Source of the DNA: Flavobacteriaceae bacterium
GTDB lineage: Bacteria; Bacteroidota; Bacteroidia; Flavobacteriales; Flavobacteriaceae
Assembly (NCBI GenBank): GCA_013002065.1
Contig: JABDKT010000096.1
Coordinates: forward strand, 1 to 61,991
Length of the DNA: 61,991 nucleotides
Direction of reading: 5' to 3'
Below the pieces are notes generated by a model. That model made no database searches, was not told the origin of the DNA, and saw nothing but the letters and a program-made list of their open reading frames with translations. The translations under genes and the position numbers were made by a program. Below, one piece after another: positions 58,074 through 61,991 of this stretch. Numbering within the stretch: position 1 is the first letter of the stretch; each line of letters starts with the position of its first letter.

Positions 58074-59666
58074 ATGAAAAAGCATTTATTTATTGCAGCA
58101 TTTACAATAGCTGTATTTACTTATGCGCAGGCCCCATACAATGTGTCATTGATGAATCTTTCCTCCCACACTGCGGTGAAAGATTCGATAGGGGACAACG
58201 GATTTAAGTTTGAGGCCTTGACCACTGGAATAAATTCTAAGTATTCCGATTATGGTTCCGGGCTTTTTATGGATAAATTCATTTCTTTTTCCTCAAGAAA
58301 AATTGGTGCAATTGCAAAAAAGGATCCGGTTACCGGTGAACCATACACCAAATTGTATTGCAGCGATATCAAAGAAAACTGGGATTTAAGTAGACCGTTG
58401 TTGTTTTCAAGGGTATTAAATAAAAATGAAAACTTGGGAACCGTTACTTTTACCCAAGACGGAAACACCATGTTCTTTACCAAGAATGTAGAAGGGAACA
58501 CTCAAATGTATCAACTTTACAAAGCAGTAATGAACCCCGAAAAAATAGGTGAATGGATTAATATTGAACCATTACCTGTAAATAGCACTTCATATTCCAT
58601 TGAAAATCCACATTTAAATAAATCGGGAGACATGCTGTATTTTTCTTCAAATATGCCGGGATCTCAAGGATACGACATCTATAAAATGGCAGTAAATGAA
58701 GATGGAACTTATGGAGAAGCGTTACCAATTGAAGGCTTAATTAATACTGAAATGGACGAGAAATATCCGCATCTATCTGTAGATGAGAAATTCTTATTCT
58801 TTTCCTCAACGGGTCATGACAATTTGGGAGGATACGATGTGTTCAAATCGAGAAGAACAAAGAAAGGATATGTTACCATCTTGAATTTAGGAAATACCAT
58901 CAACACCGAGAGAGACGAAATTGCTTTTGTTCCAGCCACCGAACGAATTGGTTATATCACTTCTAATAAAAGTGGAGGTGAAGGCAGTTATGATATTTAT
59001 CGCATCACCGAGTATGTTTTAAGTCAGAGTGTCGCTGGAAAGGCATTGGATTTTGAGACTGGACTTCCGTTGGCTAATGTTTCAGTAAAATTGTACGATA
59101 CCGATGGAACCGAGGTGGGTAATGCGATAACCAATGAAAAAGGAGAATATATTTTCCCAATTTCTTCATTCGAGTATTATACCTTAGTTTCGGACAAGGA
59201 AGGATTTTTTAAGGGGTCAACAATTTTCAATACAGACAATGTCACACCGCTTTACGATGCAGATGTTACCTTAAAAGCTAGACCTGCCGAAATCGTAATA
59301 ACAGAAGAGAAATCGTATATCAAGATTGATAATATTCAGTTCGATTACGACAGTGCAAAGATTAAAGATGTTTCAACAATCACACTAAACACGGTAGTTG
59401 AAACTTTAAATAACAATCCAGAAATCAATATTGCGCTTAACGCACATACCGATTTCCGCGGAAATGATAATTATAATTACAGATTATCGAATCGCAGAGC
59501 AGCTTCTGCCATGGAATATCTAATCTCCAAGGGAATTTCAAAAGACAGATTACAGTCTGAAGGTTTTGGTGAAAAACGACCGCTTATCGATTGTAACCCG
59601 TGCACAGAGGCACAGCACGAAGCTAATAGACGGATAGAATTTATTATTTTGGAATCTACTAACTAA
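58074..59666 (+). CDS. OmpA-family protein with PD40 propeller and carboxypeptidase-regulatory-like domain (PorE-like, no TPR)
   Basis: LYFSSNMPG..GYDIY, GGYDVF, GSYDIY repeats; NIQFDYDSA, AHTD.RG...YN..LS.RRA, NRRIEF. Confidence 0.9.
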   Translation: MKKHLFIAAFTIAVFTYAQAPYNVSLMNLSSHTAVKDSIGDNGFKFEALTTGINSKYSDYGSGLFMDKFISFSSRKIGAIAKKDPVTGEPYTKLYCSDIKENWDLSRPLLFSRVLNKNENLGTVTFTQDGNTMFFTKNVEGNTQMYQLYKAVMNPEKIGEWINIEPLPVNSTSYSIENPHLNKSGDMLYFSSNMPGSQGYDIYKMAVNEDGTYGEALPIEGLINTEMDEKYPHLSVDEKFLFFSSTGHDNLGGYDVFKSRRTKKGYVTILNLGNTINTERDEIAFVPATERIGYITSNKSGGEGSYDIYRITEYVLSQSVAGKALDFETGLPLANVSVKLYDTDGTEVGNAITNEKGEYIFPISSFEYYTLVSDKEGFFKGSTIFNTDNVTPLYDADVTLKARPAEIVITEEKSYIKIDNIQFDYDSAKIKDVSTITLNTVVETLNNNPEINIALNAHTDFRGNDNYNYRLSNRRAASAMEYLISKGISKDRLQSEGFGEKRPLIDCNPCTEAQHEANRRIEFIILESTN

Positions 59667-59684
59667 CCAGATTTCTAAATATAG

Positions 59685-59714
59685 AAGAACCCGGTGTTTT
59701 ACATCGGGTTTTTT
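59685..59714. terminator. Intrinsic terminator between convergent genes
   Basis: aacccggtgt-ttt-acatcgggtt followed by a T-run. Confidence 0.78.
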
Positions 59715-60021
59715 ATTGCTCGGTAATTACTTCCAACTCTGTTCTAAAAGCTACAAATTTTCCTTCAAAGGGTTTGCTTTGAGCTCTAAGTTCTGAAGCA
59801 TTTTCGGTATAATACCGTTCCAAGGTGGCTTTACTGTCGGTGGTATATTGAACCGAATAGGTTATTCCGCCCATTTCTTCTTCCACGAGGACTCTGCTCA
59901 TTAAAGCTTTCGTGAATTTACCGGTGGCAAGCATGGCAGGAATATGTTCATTTTGCATCCATTCCAGCCAGTTTTGATGAACACTTTCATCAATATTTAT
60001 AGTTACGTTATATATATGCAT
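59713..60021 (-). CDS. DUF4286 family protein
   Basis: IYNVT.NI, W..WM..HIP.ML.TG.F, GGITYSVQY, AFRTEL. Confidence 0.88.
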   Translation of the reverse strand: MHIYNVTINIDESVHQNWLEWMQNEHIPAMLATGKFTKALMSRVLVEEEMGGITYSVQYTTDSKATLERYYTENASELRAQSKPFEGKFVAFRTELEVITEQ

Positions 60022-60051
60022 AATTAGTAATTGGAGAGAATATTTAGCAAA

Positions 60052-61833
60052 CTAGTTGATGGCATCACCTCGCAACATTCGATATCGTTTACGGGCTTCC
60101 ACAAAGTAGATACTATCTTCAAAGTTGAAGATTATTTGTTCATAGAGTTCTTTCGCCTTATCGGGCATTTGCAATTGGAGTTCGTATAGTTTTCCCAATC
60201 TGAAATGTGCATCATCTGCAAGAATATCTTCATTATAAAATTCGATCAATTTCAGATAATTGGATTCCGCCTTATCAAAACGAGTCAACTTTTCGTTTAG
60301 CTCTCCCATTTTGAGCAAAGCTTCATCCTCTATTTTTTCTCCTTTGTGATGGGTTAAAATATCTTCCAATAATTTGATGGCTTCATTAGGCCTGTTCTGA
60401 AGGTCCAGTAAATCGGCTCTGGCGAATTTCTTTAGGGCGGTTTGGGTTGAGTCTTCCAAACTATTGTCTCGAATCATCAAGCTAAGCTCCATCGCATCGT
60501 TGGCGATCAATTGAGAAGCCGATTTTTTCAAAACGTCCAATTGTATTTGCGCCCATTCAAAATCTCCTTTAAAATAACTCGTTTGAGCTACTTTAAATCT
60601 AGCCTCTTGAGCCAACACATCGTTTTTTACTTTCTTCTGAACTTGTGAATAGTAGATCAATGCCTCATTGAATTTTTCGTCAAAAACTAAGATATCGGCC
60701 AGCGTCAATTTGATGCGCGCTTCTTGATAAATGGAAAAGCGATTTTTTAATAATTTCTTCAGATTGGCAGTGGCCTCTTCCGATTTTCCATTCTGAAATG
60801 CTAAAAACCGATTATAGTCCAATTGTAATGACTGAGTGAGTGGCCCAGTGCCATATTCCTCTAACAGTTGAATGTATTCTTCTTCGATTTCAGCATAATC
60901 AGAAGGTGAAGCTAATTTCAGCTTAATATTCATCAAGTATTGATAACCTTCTAATTTTTCTTCCGGTGTATTCGAATTTTCGATCACAAAATTTACAATT
61001 TCCTTGGCATCGCTATAGCTCTCTTCCTCAATCGAAATAAGCATTAAATCCAGAATTCCGCTTACGTCTTCATTACTTCTTTTATATATCGCCTTTTCCT
61101 GAACAAATGCTTTTTTAAAATCTTTCTGCTGAATAAACAGCCAACTTAGCAGTTCATTATACAAGATATCAGGTTGGCCTTGCAATCTTTTTAGTAGAAT
61201 TTTCCGAAGAATAACATTCGCTTCATTGTTTGGATCTTCATTAATATAGTAAGCGAAATTTCTTTGAGCAGAGGGACGGTAGTTTATGTTAGTTCGAATA
61301 ATTTCAATGTACTTGTCGAACATAAGTTCCAACTTACCTTGTTCTCCATAAATTTTCGCCAATTGCGGATTGTAATCTCTTTCCGGATCCAATTTCATGG
61401 CTAACTCAAAAATATCGGCAGCCTGATCAAGCAAACTATATTCTGAAAAAGTTCGTCCCACCGTGTAAGCGTAATACGGTTTTTCTCTCACAGCTTCAAA
61501 GGCTTGCTCGTAGCTCACAGATGCGAGGCTGTCTTTTTCTTGCAAAGCATAATTGTAGCCTAATTCTACATAGAATTGTGGAAATACATTGCGCCCGTTT
61601 AATTTTTGACGGATGATTTTTTCGGCCTCGGTGAAGTTCTCTAATTGCTGATTGCACTTCAGCTTAAACATGGTAAAGTCGGTCCTGCTTGGATTGTTTC
61701 TTGAAAGTTTTTCAAACAAAGTAAGTGCCTTGGCATATTCCCCTTGCTCAAAATAGTTTTTTGCCAGAGACTCGTTTTGGGAAAATGCCGATGTACTAAT
61801 CAGTAGCACTAAAAGTAATAAGATACCGCGCAT
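60052..61833 (-). CDS. Exported tetratricopeptide-repeat protein
   Basis: Signal peptide and many TPR-like helical pairs; C-terminal SIYFVEARKRYR.LRGD. Confidence 0.87.
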   Translation of the reverse strand: MRGILLLLVLLISTSAFSQNESLAKNYFEQGEYAKALTLFEKLSRNNPSRTDFTMFKLKCNQQLENFTEAEKIIRQKLNGRNVFPQFYVELGYNYALQEKDSLASVSYEQAFEAVREKPYYAYTVGRTFSEYSLLDQAADIFELAMKLDPERDYNPQLAKIYGEQGKLELMFDKYIEIIRTNINYRPSAQRNFAYYINEDPNNEANVILRKILLKRLQGQPDILYNELLSWLFIQQKDFKKAFVQEKAIYKRSNEDVSGILDLMLISIEEESYSDAKEIVNFVIENSNTPEEKLEGYQYLMNIKLKLASPSDYAEIEEEYIQLLEEYGTGPLTQSLQLDYNRFLAFQNGKSEEATANLKKLLKNRFSIYQEARIKLTLADILVFDEKFNEALIYYSQVQKKVKNDVLAQEARFKVAQTSYFKGDFEWAQIQLDVLKKSASQLIANDAMELSLMIRDNSLEDSTQTALKKFARADLLDLQNRPNEAIKLLEDILTHHKGEKIEDEALLKMGELNEKLTRFDKAESNYLKLIEFYNEDILADDAHFRLGKLYELQLQMPDKAKELYEQIIFNFEDSIYFVEARKRYRMLRGDAIN

Positions 61834-61893
61834 GCGTTAAAGATAAGGATTGATTTCTTAAAAAAACCTCAAATATCGGGCCAGTGGGTATTT

Positions 61894-61991
61894 CTAGTCG
61901 ATTATGTCGAATCCACAATATGGGACAAGCACCTCCGGAATTTTAATTCCTTCGGGTGTCTGATAATTTTCAAGTATACCGGCTAACACTC
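61894..61991 (-). CDS. serS: Serine--tRNA ligase, 3' end only (not in the ORF track)
   Basis: Minus frame reads VLAGILENYQTPEGIKIPEVLVPYCGFDIID*, the conserved SerRS C-terminus. Confidence 0.88.
   Translation of the reverse strand, partial: VLAGILENYQTPEGIKIPEVLVPYCGFDIID

Noticed and set aside
52-58501. Numerous 60-128 aa ORFs antisense to or nested within long genes (e.g. 6515-6859, 8276-8647, 27541-27927, 41005-41382)
   Set aside because: Shadow ORFs of well-supported genes, with no recognisable motifs.
1-61991. tRNA, rRNA, CRISPR array, transposase, integrase or prophage genes
   Set aside because: None recognised. Intergenic gaps are short and no repeat-spacer periodicity was seen; a covariance-model scan would be needed to exclude small RNAs.

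Overview
A gene-dense chromosomal window from a Flavobacteriaceae-like Bacteroidota genome, judged from T9SS C-terminal sorting domains, a porZ-recO-TBDR block and TAnnTTTG -7 promoter boxes. It holds about 64 CDSs, mostly housekeeping (recO, ppc, acs, ssb, metG, mfd, fbp, aspartokinase, mgtE, rsmA, 3' end of serS), with small accessory blocks between them. I saw no rRNA, tRNA, CRISPR array, IS element or prophage gene. The standout is a tightly coupled six-gene minus-strand cassette at 32819-37124, between terB and fbp. It encodes a coiled-coil protein, a coiled-coil plus longin/roadblock-like protein, two Rab/Ras-like small GTPases, a His-less pseudo-kinase fragment, and a soluble hybrid histidine kinase whose receiver has lost its phosphoacceptor Asp. 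This looks like a self-contained small-GTPase/two-component signalling system. Secondary items: an ars cluster with a GNAT-ArsC fusion and no efflux pump, a Tat+T9SS DUF1501/DUF1800 pair, a Rieske-glutamate-synthase fusion, a Rieske oxygenase/APC permease/lipoprotein-MBL operon, and several candidate operators. All calls come from motif reading only; no database searches were run.
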